A stretch of 64,000 nt of DNA from an uncultured Candidatus Binatia bacterium (GCA_965200965.1 OZ241744.1:1408001-1472000), one strand, 5' to 3'; positions 19,161 to 29,051 are shown, counted from the stretch's first letter. A program made the numbers and translations. Notes: generated by a model not told the origin, from the sequence alone.

Positions 19161-19982
19161 ATGAACCTGTGGACAACCGAAACGAGCGACGGCGTGGTGC
19201 TGGCCCGCTATGACAACCCGCCGATGAATTATTTCTGCGCCGAAGGGGCGCAAGAGCTGAACCACCTCATTGAAACCTGGCGCGAGCCGTCCTGCCGAGC
19301 CGTTGTTTTGGGCGGCGCGCTGCCGGGCAAGTTCATCACCCACTACAGCGTGGAAGAACTCGTTGAGTTAGCCCGCAACCGGGACAAGATGCGGACGCTG
19401 GGCACCGCGCTAAGCACCGGCTATCACGCCATGTTGCTGCGTCTGCGCAATCTGTCCAAGCCAGTCATCGTAGCCATGAACGGCGACACAATGGGAGGTG
19501 GCTTTGAGTTGAGCCTGGCCGGCGATATCCGTATCGGCCAGCGTGGCGACTATCGATTCGGGCTGCCGGAAGTGAAGCTCGGTATTCTGCCGGGCGGCAG
19601 CGGGACCCAGCGGCTGTCCCGTTTGATCGGTCCTGGCCGGGCGGTCGAGTTTGTGCTGCGCTCGCGGGTGGTCCGTCCCGAAGAAGCCCTGGCGCTCGGT
19701 CTGGTCCACGAACTGGCCGATGACGCCCTGGCACGGGCGCAAGAGATTGGCCGGGAGATTGCCAACTTCCCGCCGCTGGCCGTGGCCCGGGCCAAACACG
19801 CCGTGTATGCCGGGAGCGACACCCACCTGAGCACCGGCCTGGATATTGAGAGCGCCGATTTTCTGGAGACCATGCTGTCAGACGACGGGCTGCTGGCCAT
19901 GCAAACCTATATCGATCTGCCGTATGACAAACGCCGCGACTGGCTCGAACGGCCGACCAATCCCGGCTATACGGGCCGCTAG
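19161..19982 (+). CDS. enoyl-CoA hydratase/isomerase family
   Basis: MGGGFEL, GLPEVKLGILPG. Confidence 0.9.
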   Translation: MNLWTTETSDGVVLARYDNPPMNYFCAEGAQELNHLIETWREPSCRAVVLGGALPGKFITHYSVEELVELARNRDKMRTLGTALSTGYHAMLLRLRNLSKPVIVAMNGDTMGGGFELSLAGDIRIGQRGDYRFGLPEVKLGILPGGSGTQRLSRLIGPGRAVEFVLRSRVVRPEEALALGLVHELADDALARAQEIGREIANFPPLAVARAKHAVYAGSDTHLSTGLDIESADFLETMLSDDGLLAMQTYIDLPYDKRRDWLERPTNPGYTGR

Positions 19983-20104
19983 GCCCCTCGTGTCTTCCCG
20001 GCTCGGTTGAGCTATGATGGTGTGGCCCTGCCACCTTACCATGTGCTACTCTTCATCTATTATGAGGTCGTGGATCCCGCCGGGATCGTAGAAGGAGTAC
20101 CGCG

Positions 20105-22099
20105 ATGCGTCGTCCTGTCCTATTTGCATGCCTGTTCACCGTCCTGTTCGGAAGCAGCCCGAGTTGGAGCCAGACCACCTCAGCCTCCCCCTCAGCGCCC
20201 ACCCTGACGAGCCTAGCGAGCGAGGTCGCAACCTTGAAGGCTACTGTCACTACCTTGCGGACCACCGTGGCCAAGCTGACCCGCTACATTCAGGTTATCG
20301 AGAATGCAGCCACCAGCACCTACCATGGCCTGAGCAGTCCGCATGTGGTCTTCACCGGGGCCAATGTCCACATCCGCAGCGGGTCGTCGGGGGTGACCCA
20401 TAAAGGACGGACCGTGAACGATGGCTGGGTCTCCGAACCCCTGGGGCTGGGCAACCTGATTATCGGCTACAACGAGGCGAACACTTGGCCGACTGCGGAT
20501 ACGGCCCAGCGGGGCGGCTCGCACAACTTGGTGATCGGGAGGTATCATCAGTACCCCACCTCTGGTGGGTTGGTGGCGGGGGAGGATAACGTCATCTCCG
20601 GCCATGCGGCGAGCGTGAGCGGCGGCACTCGGAACACAGCCAGCGGTCCTGCGGCGAGCGTGAGCGGCGGCACTCAGAACACAGCCAGCGGTCCTGCGGC
20701 GAGCGTGAGCGGGGGCTACCGCAACCGCTCCAGCGGCTATCACACCAGCGTGAGCGGCGGCGGTCAGAACACGGCCAGCGGCTCTAACTCCAGCGTGAGC
20801 GGCGGCCATGCCAACACGGCGACGAGCATCGCGGCGAGCGTGAGCGGGGGGCTAGAGAACACGGCCAGCGGCTCTAACTCCAGCGTGAGCGGGGGGCTAG
20901 AGAACACGGCCAGCGGCTCTAACTCCAGCGTGAGCGGCGGCCGTCTGAACAGGGCCAACGGAGGGAACTCCAGCGTGAGCGGCGGCCACAGCAACACGAC
21001 CCGGCATTATGACTCCAGCGTGAGCGGCGGCCATGCCAACACGGCCAGCGGCTGGGCGGCGAGCGTGAGCGGCGGCACTCAGAACACAGCCAGCGGCGCT
21101 GACTCCAGCGTGAGCGGCGGCACTCAGAACACAGCCAGCGGTCCTGCGGCAAGCGTGAGCGGCGGCTACCGCAACCGCTCCAGCGGCTATCACACCAGCG
21201 TGAGCGGCGGCGGTCAGAACACGGCCAGCGGCGCTGACTCCAGCGTGAGCGGCGGCGGTCAGAACACGGCCAGCGGCTCTAACTCCAGCGTGAGCGGGGG
21301 GCTAGAGAACACGGCCAGCGGCTCTAACTCCAGCGTGAGCGGCGGCCGTCTGAACAGGGCCAGCGGAGGGAACTCCAGCGTGAGCGGCGGCCACAGCAAC
21401 ACGACCCGGCATTATGACTCCAGCGTGAGCGGCGGCCATGCCAACACGGCCAGCGGCTGGGCGGCGAGCGTGAGCGGCGGCGGTCAGAACACGGCCAGCG
21501 GCGCTGACTCCAGTGTGAGCGGCGGCACTCAGAACACAGCCAGCGGCGCTGACTCCAGCGTGAGCGGCGGCGTCGGCAACATGGCCAGCGGCTCTAACTC
21601 CAGCGTGAGCGGGGGTGCCAACAACACGGCCAGCAGCCGCCAGTCGAGTGTGAGCGGGGGCCTCAGCAACACGGCCAGCGGTGCTCACTCCAGTGTGCTC
21701 GGTGGCGGCCGCAACACGGCCAACGGCTTTAACTCCAGCGTGAGCGGGGGTGCCCGCAACACGGCCAGTGGTCAGGCGACGAGCCTGAGCGGGGGCTGGG
21801 GCAACACGGCAGGTGACTATGGGGCCAGCGTCAGCGGCGGCATTCGCAACAGGGCCCTGGGCCGGATGGCCAGTGTGAGCGGCGGCAGGGACAACAGGGC
21901 CCTGGCTAATGAATCCAGCGTGAGCGGGGGCAAGAACAACACGGCGATCGGGAAGCGGAGCAGCATCAGCGGGGGCGAAAACCAGACGGTCAACGGCGAC
22001 CTCTGGTCCTGCTGGGGCTGGGGGGCCGTGCCTCGCCCGCTCGTCCCGTCCAGAGACAGTCCCTTTCGCCAACATTCCGTCGGGCTGTTGCGCCCATAG
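20105..22099 (+). CDS. secreted protein with about 33 14-residue SVSGGxxNxASGxx repeats (beta-roll/adhesin-like)
   Basis: signal peptide, short coiled coil, GLGNLIIGYNE/GSHNLVIG lead-in, long repeat array. Confidence 0.85.
   Translation: MRRPVLFACLFTVLFGSSPSWSQTTSASPSAPTLTSLASEVATLKATVTTLRTTVAKLTRYIQVIENAATSTYHGLSSPHVVFTGANVHIRSGSSGVTHKGRTVNDGWVSEPLGLGNLIIGYNEANTWPTADTAQRGGSHNLVIGRYHQYPTSGGLVAGEDNVISGHAASVSGGTRNTASGPAASVSGGTQNTASGPAASVSGGYRNRSSGYHTSVSGGGQNTASGSNSSVSGGHANTATSIAASVSGGLENTASGSNSSVSGGLENTASGSNSSVSGGRLNRANGGNSSVSGGHSNTTRHYDSSVSGGHANTASGWAASVSGGTQNTASGADSSVSGGTQNTASGPAASVSGGYRNRSSGYHTSVSGGGQNTASGADSSVSGGGQNTASGSNSSVSGGLENTASGSNSSVSGGRLNRASGGNSSVSGGHSNTTRHYDSSVSGGHANTASGWAASVSGGGQNTASGADSSVSGGTQNTASGADSSVSGGVGNMASGSNSSVSGGANNTASSRQSSVSGGLSNTASGAHSSVLGGGRNTANGFNSSVSGGARNTASGQATSLSGGWGNTAGDYGASVSGGIRNRALGRMASVSGGRDNRALANESSVSGGKNNTAIGKRSSISGGENQTVNGDLWSCWGWGAVPRPLVPSRDSPFRQHSVGLLRP
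20590..21990 (+). repeat. 42-bp coding tandem repeat array with higher-order block duplications
   Basis: recurring agcgtgagcggcgg..aacacggccagcgg at 42-bp period. Confidence 0.9.
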
Positions 22100-22111
22100 G
22101 AGGAAAAACAT

Positions 22112-23914
22112 ATGCCATACGCAGGTCTGCACAAGCTGCTGCGCAGTACGATCGCTGCAAGCGCGTTCTTGCTTGTTCTCCCAGGTGAGGCGTCTGCCGT
22201 AGGCGGAAGAGCCCAGACACCTGAGCCGACACCGGCTGCCGCCCCCGCCTCGGTCCCGGCACCGCCGGCCCAGAACGACACCTCCCAGCTTGGCGATTTC
22301 AAGCTGGTCACCCACGCTCGTCTGCTCAAGGGCACGCAAGACCCCTCGGCTTGGCTGATGTACGGCGGCAGCTATGACAGCACCCGCTTCAGCCCGCTGA
22401 CCGATATCAACCGCGCCAATGTGAAAAAACTCCAGGCGGCATGGATGTTTCAAACCGGGGTCCCGGCCCAGTTCCAGGCCTCGCCGGTTGTGGCTGACGG
22501 CGTCATGTATATGACGGCTGCCTTCAACCATGTGTATGCGCTGAATGCCGAAACGGGCGAGATGCTATGGCGTTATGACCACCCCCTGCCGGGTGATATG
22601 CGGGTGTGCTGCGGCCCCAGCAACCGGGGCGTGGCAATAAGCGGCGATACGGTCTTTATGGCGACCCTCGACGCCCGCCTCGTCGCCCTCCAGGCCCAGA
22701 CCGGGGCCCTGGTGTGGCAGGTTGAGATCGACGATTACCGCAAAGGCTATAGCGCAACCGCCGCGCCCCTCATCGTCAAGAACAAGGTCATCGTCGGGAT
22801 TGCCGGTGGCGAGTATGGCATTCGTGGCTATGTGGATGCCTATCACGCGCAGACCGGAGCGCGCCGGTGGCGCCGTTATACCACCCCAGGCGCGGACGAA
22901 CCCGGGTCTGAAACCTGGTCCGGCGACTCGTGGAAGATCGGCGGCGGGCCGACCTGGATCACCGGCTCCTATGACCCTGAGCAGGACCTGATTTTCTGGG
23001 CAACCGGCAACCCGTCTCCCGACTGGAACGGTGATGTCCGCGAGGGAGATAATCTGTATACCGACTCGGTGCTGGCCCTGGAGCCGGAAACCGGCGCGAT
23101 CAAGTGGCATTTCCAGTTTACGCCGCACGATATCTGGGACTACGACGGCAATACCGACCTGTTTCTGATTGACGTTGAGCGGAGCGGGAAGACCGTCAAA
23201 GCCCTGGCCCAGCCCAACCGCAACGGCTACCTGTATGTGCTTGACCGAACCTCGGGCGAGTTTCTGCACGGCTCGCAGTATGTGGAACAGCTCAACTGGG
23301 CCAAGGGCCTTGACGAGCAGGGCCGCCCCATTGTGAACCCCGAATACGTCCCGACCAAGGAGGCCGGCAACTTTATCTGCCCAGGCTCGGTCGGCGGCAA
23401 AAACGGCTCGTGGACCGCAGCCTACAGCCCCATCACCAGGTACATGTATCTGCCGGTGGTCGAGAGTTGCTGGCAGATGACCAAAGGCGCGGCCACCTTT
23501 ATTCAGGGCATCCCTTTCTGGGGCGGCGGGCCAGGCAAGACGCAGGCCGACGACCAGTCGTCCTACGGCCATCTGTCCGCGGTAGACGTGTCAAGCGGAG
23601 CGGTGAAGTGGCGCTACAAAGACGACTATCCCCTGGTCGGCGGCACGATGGCCACCGCTGGCGGCCTGGTGTTTACCGGCGACCAAAAGGGCTATGCGCT
23701 GGCGTTTGACGACACCACAGGCGAGCTGCTGTGGAAGTTCCAGACCGGCTCAACCGTGCGCGGCCAGCCGGCAACCTACAAGGTCAACGGGCGTCAATAT
23801 GTGGCGATTCCGAGCGGCGGCGGCGGCTTGGCCGTGTCTCTGGTTGGCGAGAACCCGCTGGCGTCCAAAGGCAGCGCCCTGTTTGTGTTCGCCCTGCCCG
23901 AGGGTGAAGAATGA
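22112..23914 (+). CDS. PQQ-dependent alcohol dehydrogenase (methanol/ethanol family), predicted lanthanide-dependent
   Basis: vicinal CC (VCCGPSNRG), GGEYG, TGNPSP, WDYDG, W-docking motifs. Confidence 0.9.
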   Translation: MPYAGLHKLLRSTIAASAFLLVLPGEASAVGGRAQTPEPTPAAAPASVPAPPAQNDTSQLGDFKLVTHARLLKGTQDPSAWLMYGGSYDSTRFSPLTDINRANVKKLQAAWMFQTGVPAQFQASPVVADGVMYMTAAFNHVYALNAETGEMLWRYDHPLPGDMRVCCGPSNRGVAISGDTVFMATLDARLVALQAQTGALVWQVEIDDYRKGYSATAAPLIVKNKVIVGIAGGEYGIRGYVDAYHAQTGARRWRRYTTPGADEPGSETWSGDSWKIGGGPTWITGSYDPEQDLIFWATGNPSPDWNGDVREGDNLYTDSVLALEPETGAIKWHFQFTPHDIWDYDGNTDLFLIDVERSGKTVKALAQPNRNGYLYVLDRTSGEFLHGSQYVEQLNWAKGLDEQGRPIVNPEYVPTKEAGNFICPGSVGGKNGSWTAAYSPITRYMYLPVVESCWQMTKGAATFIQGIPFWGGGPGKTQADDQSSYGHLSAVDVSSGAVKWRYKDDYPLVGGTMATAGGLVFTGDQKGYALAFDDTTGELLWKFQTGSTVRGQPATYKVNGRQYVAIPSGGGGLAVSLVGENPLASKGSALFVFALPEGEE

Positions 23915-23921
23915 GCAGGCC

Positions 23922-24761
23922 ATGACGCGATTTTTCAGTGCCATCTGCCTTGTCGTCCTGGCTGTGTGTCCGGTGTCTGGCCAGGACAGGGCGGTTTTCC
24001 GCGCGTGTTTGCTGGCCGATAATCCGCCCTACTCCTGGCAGGCCGACGAGAGCGGTTTTGACCTTGAGACAGCCCGGGCGGTTGCCGAGTCAATAGGACG
24101 CAGGTTTCAGCCGGTCTGGGTTGCCCACGACACCCGGATCACCGAGATTGATGAGACCGACCTGCCCGTCTTTGGTCTCTCGCGTAGCCAGTGTGACGCG
24201 ATTTTCAGCGTGCCGGGCCAAGAAGCGCTGAACGAAGCGCCGGCGCTGGTGGTCGGAGAGCCGTACTACGGGGCCGGCTTTGAGCTGCTTGGACCGACTG
24301 CAAACAGTCCCCGCGGTCTGGACGATATCGGACAGCGGCCGGTTGCGGTTCGGGCGCAAACGATCGCGCATTTCATGCTGAGCGCCCGGCGCATCCAGAC
24401 CTTTACCACCTTCTCTCTTGAAGAGGCGCTCGGCGCGGTCAGCAGCGGCAAAGCGGCCGCCGCCCTGGTGTGGGGACCAAAAGCGGGCTGGCACTTGCGC
24501 ACCCATCCTGAACTGCCCTTCCGGCTCGTTGATACGCGCGAGCCGCCCAGCGTGGTGCGCTGGAACGAATCGGTCGCCACCCGCAAAGCCGATGCCGAGT
24601 TGCGCCAGGCCATTGACGGCGCGCTCAGCCGGCTGGCGGAAGCCGGTGCTCTCACCCGTTTGCTCGAAAAATATGGGATTCCCGCCCACCGTCCTTTTGC
24701 CACCACATACAGTTTTGCCGAGATGCAGCAGCTCATGTTTCACTCACTGAGCAATCGCTGA
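23922..24761 (+). CDS. MoxJ/XoxJ-like periplasmic binding protein
   Basis: RACL..NPPYS..GFD; position in PQQ cluster. Confidence 0.75.
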   Translation: MTRFFSAICLVVLAVCPVSGQDRAVFRACLLADNPPYSWQADESGFDLETARAVAESIGRRFQPVWVAHDTRITEIDETDLPVFGLSRSQCDAIFSVPGQEALNEAPALVVGEPYYGAGFELLGPTANSPRGLDDIGQRPVAVRAQTIAHFMLSARRIQTFTTFSLEEALGAVSSGKAAAALVWGPKAGWHLRTHPELPFRLVDTREPPSVVRWNESVATRKADAELRQAIDGALSRLAEAGALTRLLEKYGIPAHRPFATTYSFAEMQQLMFHSLSNR

Positions 24762-24775
24762 CCCGAGGGAGCGCT

Positions 24776-25192
24776 ATGAGTCGTCTGGCGGCCGGTTTCT
24801 CTTTTTTGGTGTGGAGTCTCTTCGGTATCGCAACAGGGCCGACCCTCGGCCAGGACAGCAATCCGTTTGCCGGTGATGCGGCCGCCATTGTCGAGGGCGA
24901 GGCCCTGTTTCAGGCCGTGTGTACCGGCTACTGCCACGTCGCCCCGGACAGCCAGCGCGACGCCAAATGCCCGGACCTGTTTGACTGTGAGTGGAAGAAC
25001 GGCGGCAGCGACAAAGAGATGTTTCAAGTCCTGCTCGACGGCGTGCCCAACACCGAGATGGTCCCTTTCAGGGGCCAGTTGCCCGACGATATGCTGTGGC
25101 AGATTGTGGCCTATGTGAAATCCGCTTCGCGCTGCGAAGAGGGCAGCGCCGCCGTGGATCAAAAAACCTCCGCGGTGTCCGCCCACGAATAG
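24776..25192 (+). CDS. c-type cytochrome (CxxxCH)
   Basis: NPFAGD..GEALF..CTGYCH..PDL..GVPNTEMVPF. Confidence 0.8.
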   Translation: MSRLAAGFSFLVWSLFGIATGPTLGQDSNPFAGDAAAIVEGEALFQAVCTGYCHVAPDSQRDAKCPDLFDCEWKNGGSDKEMFQVLLDGVPNTEMVPFRGQLPDDMLWQIVAYVKSASRCEEGSAAVDQKTSAVSAHE

Positions 25193-25204
25193 GAGGGGAG
25201 AGCA

Positions 25205-26176
25205 ATGATACGTCTGACTGCACGAAGTTTCTCAGTGTTGCCCTTTGCCCTGTGCTTTGTGACATGGGCCTTTTCCGCCTCGGCCGCGGCCCAGCCCTTT
25301 GCCTATGTCAGTCACGAAAAGTCAAACGATGTGTGGGTCATCAATACCCGGACCGACGAGGTGGTGGCCAAAGTCCCGGTCGGCGACCGGCCGCGCGGGC
25401 TTGTCGTGTCCGCGGACGGCAAACGGGTGTACGCCGCCAACGGCAACTCCAACGATATCTCGGTCATTGACGCCGAAACTAATACCGTCGTGGAGACCTT
25501 CCCGGTCGGCATTGACCCCGAAGGCATTGACCTCAGTCAGGACGAGAGCCTGCTCTTTGTGGTCAACGAAAACGAGGGTGTGATGCGCGTTGTTGAACTG
25601 GCCACCAAGAAGGTGCTCGCCACCGTCGAGGCCGGCATAGAGCCGGAAACAGTGGTGCTCTCGCCGGATGGCCGGCTGGCCTTTGTGCCGAATGAAACCT
25701 CCCACGATGTGACCGTCATTGACGCCCAGACCTATCAGGTCCTGCGCTCGATCAAGGTCGGCGAGAATCCGCGCGGGGTGGCGTTTCTGCCCGACGGTAA
25801 AACCGCCTATGTGAGCAGCGAGCGCAGCAATACGGTGGCGGTGATTGATGTCGAAAAGCTGGCCGTGACCGACACCATCGCCATGGGCGAGCGGCCAGTC
25901 GGCATCTCTGTGCTGCCGGACGGCTCAAAAGTCTATGTGGTGCATGGCCGGGCCAATGACGTACGGGTGATTGATCCACACACCAAGCAGGTGACTAAGA
26001 CCATCCCCCTGGGCGGCCAGCGGTGCTGGTGGTCGGCCCTGACCCCGGACGGCAAGAAGCTCTACGCCACAATGGGCCGGTCTGACGGCTTGGCCGTGAT
26101 CGATACTACAACCGATACGCTGCTGAAGACCATTGCGGTCGGCAATGTCCCCTGGGGAGTAGCAGTCACGCCCTGA
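25205..26176 (+). CDS. YVTN beta-propeller protein (PQQ-catabolism associated)
   Basis: repeated SxDG..YV.N...VxVID blades; signal peptide. Confidence 0.85.
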   Translation: MIRLTARSFSVLPFALCFVTWAFSASAAAQPFAYVSHEKSNDVWVINTRTDEVVAKVPVGDRPRGLVVSADGKRVYAANGNSNDISVIDAETNTVVETFPVGIDPEGIDLSQDESLLFVVNENEGVMRVVELATKKVLATVEAGIEPETVVLSPDGRLAFVPNETSHDVTVIDAQTYQVLRSIKVGENPRGVAFLPDGKTAYVSSERSNTVAVIDVEKLAVTDTIAMGERPVGISVLPDGSKVYVVHGRANDVRVIDPHTKQVTKTIPLGGQRCWWSALTPDGKKLYATMGRSDGLAVIDTTTDTLLKTIAVGNVPWGVAVTP

Positions 26177-26977
26177 TCAGAACCGCCACACCAGCAGGAA
26201 CTGCGGAACGCTCTCGTCGTTTTCCGTGCCCAGCTTATTCATCCAGTACTGGTACTCCAGGCCGATAAAGACCCGGTTGGCCGTCCCCAGCAGCGCCTCG
26301 CCCAGGTCCAGCCGGAGCTGCGGTTGGGCCAGAATCCAGCTTTTGACCCGATTGCCGAACTCGTTGGTCCGGACATCTATGTACTCGGCGTGCCCTTCGA
26401 TTGAGAAAGACAGGCCGCGGATACTGAAGGGGTAGGCCCAGTTGATGTCGAGCATGAAGCTGTCGCTCTCTTTGGGCGCACCGCCGCGCGACACGCCCCG
26501 GCTGTCGTCAATATAGGCGGTCAACTCAGTATTCAGAAACGCAAAACCCGGCAGATTCCAGGCGATACGCAGGCCGGGCAGGTATTTGATGACCTTGGCG
26601 TCTACGCTGACGTTGAGGCCGAGGAGCAGCGAGAAGTCCTTGATCGGCCCGATGCCGAGATGCTTGCCGGTCAGCTTGCCGAGGCTGAAGCTGGGATACC
26701 ACTCGAAGTACAGGTCGGTATCGTTGAAGTTGTCTCTTTCGACGTCTTCAATGAAATCGGCAAAAAAGAAGCTCTCGCCATACTTCCAGCCCAGGGCGTT
26801 CTGGAGGGTGAGGATGAAGGTATCATCGTTGAGGTCCGAAAACGGGTTTTCGAGATGCCCGTACTGGAAGTGTAACTCGGTCGTACTCCAGTCCACAAGG
26901 CCGGCCGCAGCCGGTGAGGCGGTCAGTAAGAGGGCCAGGAGCGCGGCACACACAGCGAGGCGGGGGCGGTCGGGCAT
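26177..26977 (-). CDS. Tsx/DUF5020-like outer-membrane nucleoside channel
   Basis: signal peptide, WKYGESFFFAD, GLEYQYWMNKLG, terminal F. Confidence 0.75.
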   Translation of the reverse strand: MPDRPRLAVCAALLALLLTASPAAAGLVDWSTTELHFQYGHLENPFSDLNDDTFILTLQNALGWKYGESFFFADFIEDVERDNFNDTDLYFEWYPSFSLGKLTGKHLGIGPIKDFSLLLGLNVSVDAKVIKYLPGLRIAWNLPGFAFLNTELTAYIDDSRGVSRGGAPKESDSFMLDINWAYPFSIRGLSFSIEGHAEYIDVRTNEFGNRVKSWILAQPQLRLDLGEALLGTANRVFIGLEYQYWMNKLGTENDESVPQFLLVWRF

Positions 26978-27151
26978 GAGGTTTCCTCCGTTCAGGGCTG
27001 GAGCACAAGCATGAGGATACACACCGCTACAGGGCGTAGAAGGCGGCCCCGGTTGCTTTTTTGAAGTACGAAAGTTGTGGCTTTTTCATGGCTGCTCTTA
27101 CCCTTGTCATTCTCCTGGACTGGTTTGATGCTTTTAGGATAGAGACGAGTA

Positions 27152-27519
27152 TCAACGCTTCAAGGGCAGAACCCGGGCTCTGGAGCTCCTTTCGTCTACC
27201 ACGATCAAGGCTCCTGCCTCCAGGAACGCCTCGTGCTGCCGAATGGCCGCAACGACTAGAGCCTCAAGATGCTCTGGTACGACATTTTGGGCGCGTACTT
27301 GGATAACGCTCGGTCCTCTGGCGTTGGTGAGAGCCAGTAACATGCCGAAATCCAAATGTGAGTAAAGACGACAGACCGGCTCTCTCGTGCCCAGTCCATA
27401 ATGACCCGATCTGCGGCACACGGATCACCGACCACCGACCAGTGTACAGCAGACCAACCATGACATGCGAAGACCTCTCTCCATCTGGGTGAAAGATTCA
27501 TGTCAATGAGGAATTTCAT
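27152..27519 (-). pseudogene. DUF5615 PIN-like toxin, frameshifted
   Basis: MKFLIDMNLSP..VFTH | LDFG..PSVIQVR; 1-bp deletion near 27357 in the T-H-D-L-D-F motif. Confidence 0.8.
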
Positions 27520-27749
27520 GGGTGGCTGATGTGAGATTCAAATTCTTCAGCCCGCCATGCAGCATATGCCAGTGCTCTACGGATATCTTCTTCCTCCAAA
27601 TAGGGATAGGCATCCAGGATCTGTTCGGTAGAATGACCTGCGGCGAGCAAGCCCACCACGGTCCCTACGGTTACACGCAGCCCACGAATACAGGGTTTCC
27701 CGCCCATGACTGCTGGATCGAGGGTGATATGTGTCGGAGGTTTCATCAT
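27516..27749 (-). CDS. DUF433 antitoxin
   Basis: DPAVMGGKPCIRGLRVTV..YPYLEEEDI. Confidence 0.9.
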   Translation of the reverse strand: MMKPPTHITLDPAVMGGKPCIRGLRVTVGTVVGLLAAGHSTEQILDAYPYLEEEDIRRALAYAAWRAEEFESHISHP

Positions 27750-27844
27750 ACTCCTTTACAGCAACCACACTGCGCAGGGCGATTGCGGTCGGGAATATCC
27801 AGTGGGGTAGAGTGATGTTGCCTATCCATCGGCTGTGGCAGGCA

Positions 27845-27970
27845 TTATTCGGCTCTGTACTTCTTTAGCAAGGCCCTCATTTCATCGGTTTTCGCTGCCG
27901 CGGAGGGTGTTTGGCCATCACTATCCTGGGCGTTTACATCTGCCCCGTGCTCAAGTAAGAACTCCGCCAT
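27845..27970 (-). pseudogene. ankyrin-repeat relic
   Basis: hand translation MAEFLLEHGADVNAQDSDGQTPSAAAKTDEMRALLKKYRAE*. Confidence 0.7.
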
Positions 27971-28101
27971 TTCTCCACTTCAAAATGAGGCCGTTGCGAT
28001 TTTTTCATGGCCGCTAGCTCAGGGGGGCAGTCCGTGTCACCGTAGGCTTGATACGGATATAACGGGCTGCCTTCCAGGCGGGGCGTTCTGTGACGCCGCG
28101 C

Positions 28102-28431
28102 TTAGCCCGCGTCTTCAATGGCCGCCCGCACGACCGGCTCAAGCTCGCCGCTCTGGTGCATCTCCTGGATGATGTCGCAGCCGCCGATGAACTCGCCCTT
28201 GACGTAGATCTGTGGGATGGTCGGCCAGTTGGAGTAGTGCTTGATGCCCTCCCGCACCGCGGGATTCTGGAGCACATCAACCGTTTGGTAGGGCACACCG
28301 AGCGAATCAAAAATCTGAATCGTGGCCGCGGAGAAGCCACACATCGGAAACTGCCGGTTGCCCTTCATAAAGATGAGGATCGGAGTGTCTTTGACGTGCT
28401 GGTCAATTTGGCTGAGAATATCGTCTGCCAT
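28102..28431 (-). CDS. grxD: monothiol glutaredoxin Grx4
   Basis: FMKG..PMCGFS, WPTIPQ, GGCDI. Confidence 0.95.
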   Translation of the reverse strand: MADDILSQIDQHVKDTPILIFMKGNRQFPMCGFSAATIQIFDSLGVPYQTVDVLQNPAVREGIKHYSNWPTIPQIYVKGEFIGGCDIIQEMHQSGELEPVVRAAIEDAG

Positions 28432-28488
28432 ACGCATGACTCCTTAGGGTGGTGGGTGAATGAAAAGAGCCTCAAGCGAGACTCGCCC

Positions 28489-28782
28489 TTAGGGGGTTTT
28501 GGCCGGCTGTATAGTCAGGACGCTGGCCGCCTCGGCCTGCGCCTCCTTCGGGGTAAGGGTGCTGAGCTTCAGGGCGTGGATGCGCTCTACCATCGCGTCC
28601 TGGAGTGCTCCATACACCATCCGGTGACGGGCGACTTTCCCTTTGCCGTGAAACGAGGCCGAGATGACCAGCGCCTCGTAGTGGTCTCCACCGCCGGTCA
28701 GGTCGCGGATTTTGACCTCGGCATCGGCAATTCCCTGGACAATCAGTTGGCTGATTTCCTCAGCCGTCATTGGTTCAGTCAT
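28489..28782 (-). CDS. BolA/IbaG family protein
   Basis: DLTGGGDHY, RHRMVY, IHAL; adjacent to grxD. Confidence 0.9.
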   Translation of the reverse strand: MTEPMTAEEISQLIVQGIADAEVKIRDLTGGGDHYEALVISASFHGKGKVARHRMVYGALQDAMVERIHALKLSTLTPKEAQAEAASVLTIQPAKTP

Positions 28783-28882
28783 GAGACGCTCCCCTCGCTG
28801 TTGAACACGGCTCAGCGCTCGGACCGAAGGCCGGGCCGTGGGCGTTTGCTCTGAGGGCAAACGAGGCGGGCAAAGCGCAGGA

Positions 28883-28999
28883 TTATTTCTTCTGCATCTC
28901 TGCTCCGCAGCACCTCACAGCACCGTCTCCGCCTTTGGTGACAATGATCTGGGCACCGCATTTTCCACACAGATACATTTTTCCGAGTTGGTTGGCCAT
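28883..28999 (-). CDS. desulforedoxin-like microprotein (38 aa)
   Basis: MANQLGKMYLCGKCGAQIIVTKGGDGAVRCCGAEMQKK; CxxC-x15-CC; AGGAGG RBS; below the ORF-track cutoff. Confidence 0.85.
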   Translation of the reverse strand: MANQLGKMYLCGKCGAQIIVTKGGDGAVRCCGAEMQKK

Positions 29000-29051
29000 G
29001 ACACTACCCTCCTGTCAAGAATGTATATGTATGCCGCATTGTGCGGGGTTT

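Noticed and set aside
20590-21990. Regular 42-bp repeats as a CRISPR array
   Set aside because: In-frame coding repeats with no unique spacers and no cas genes
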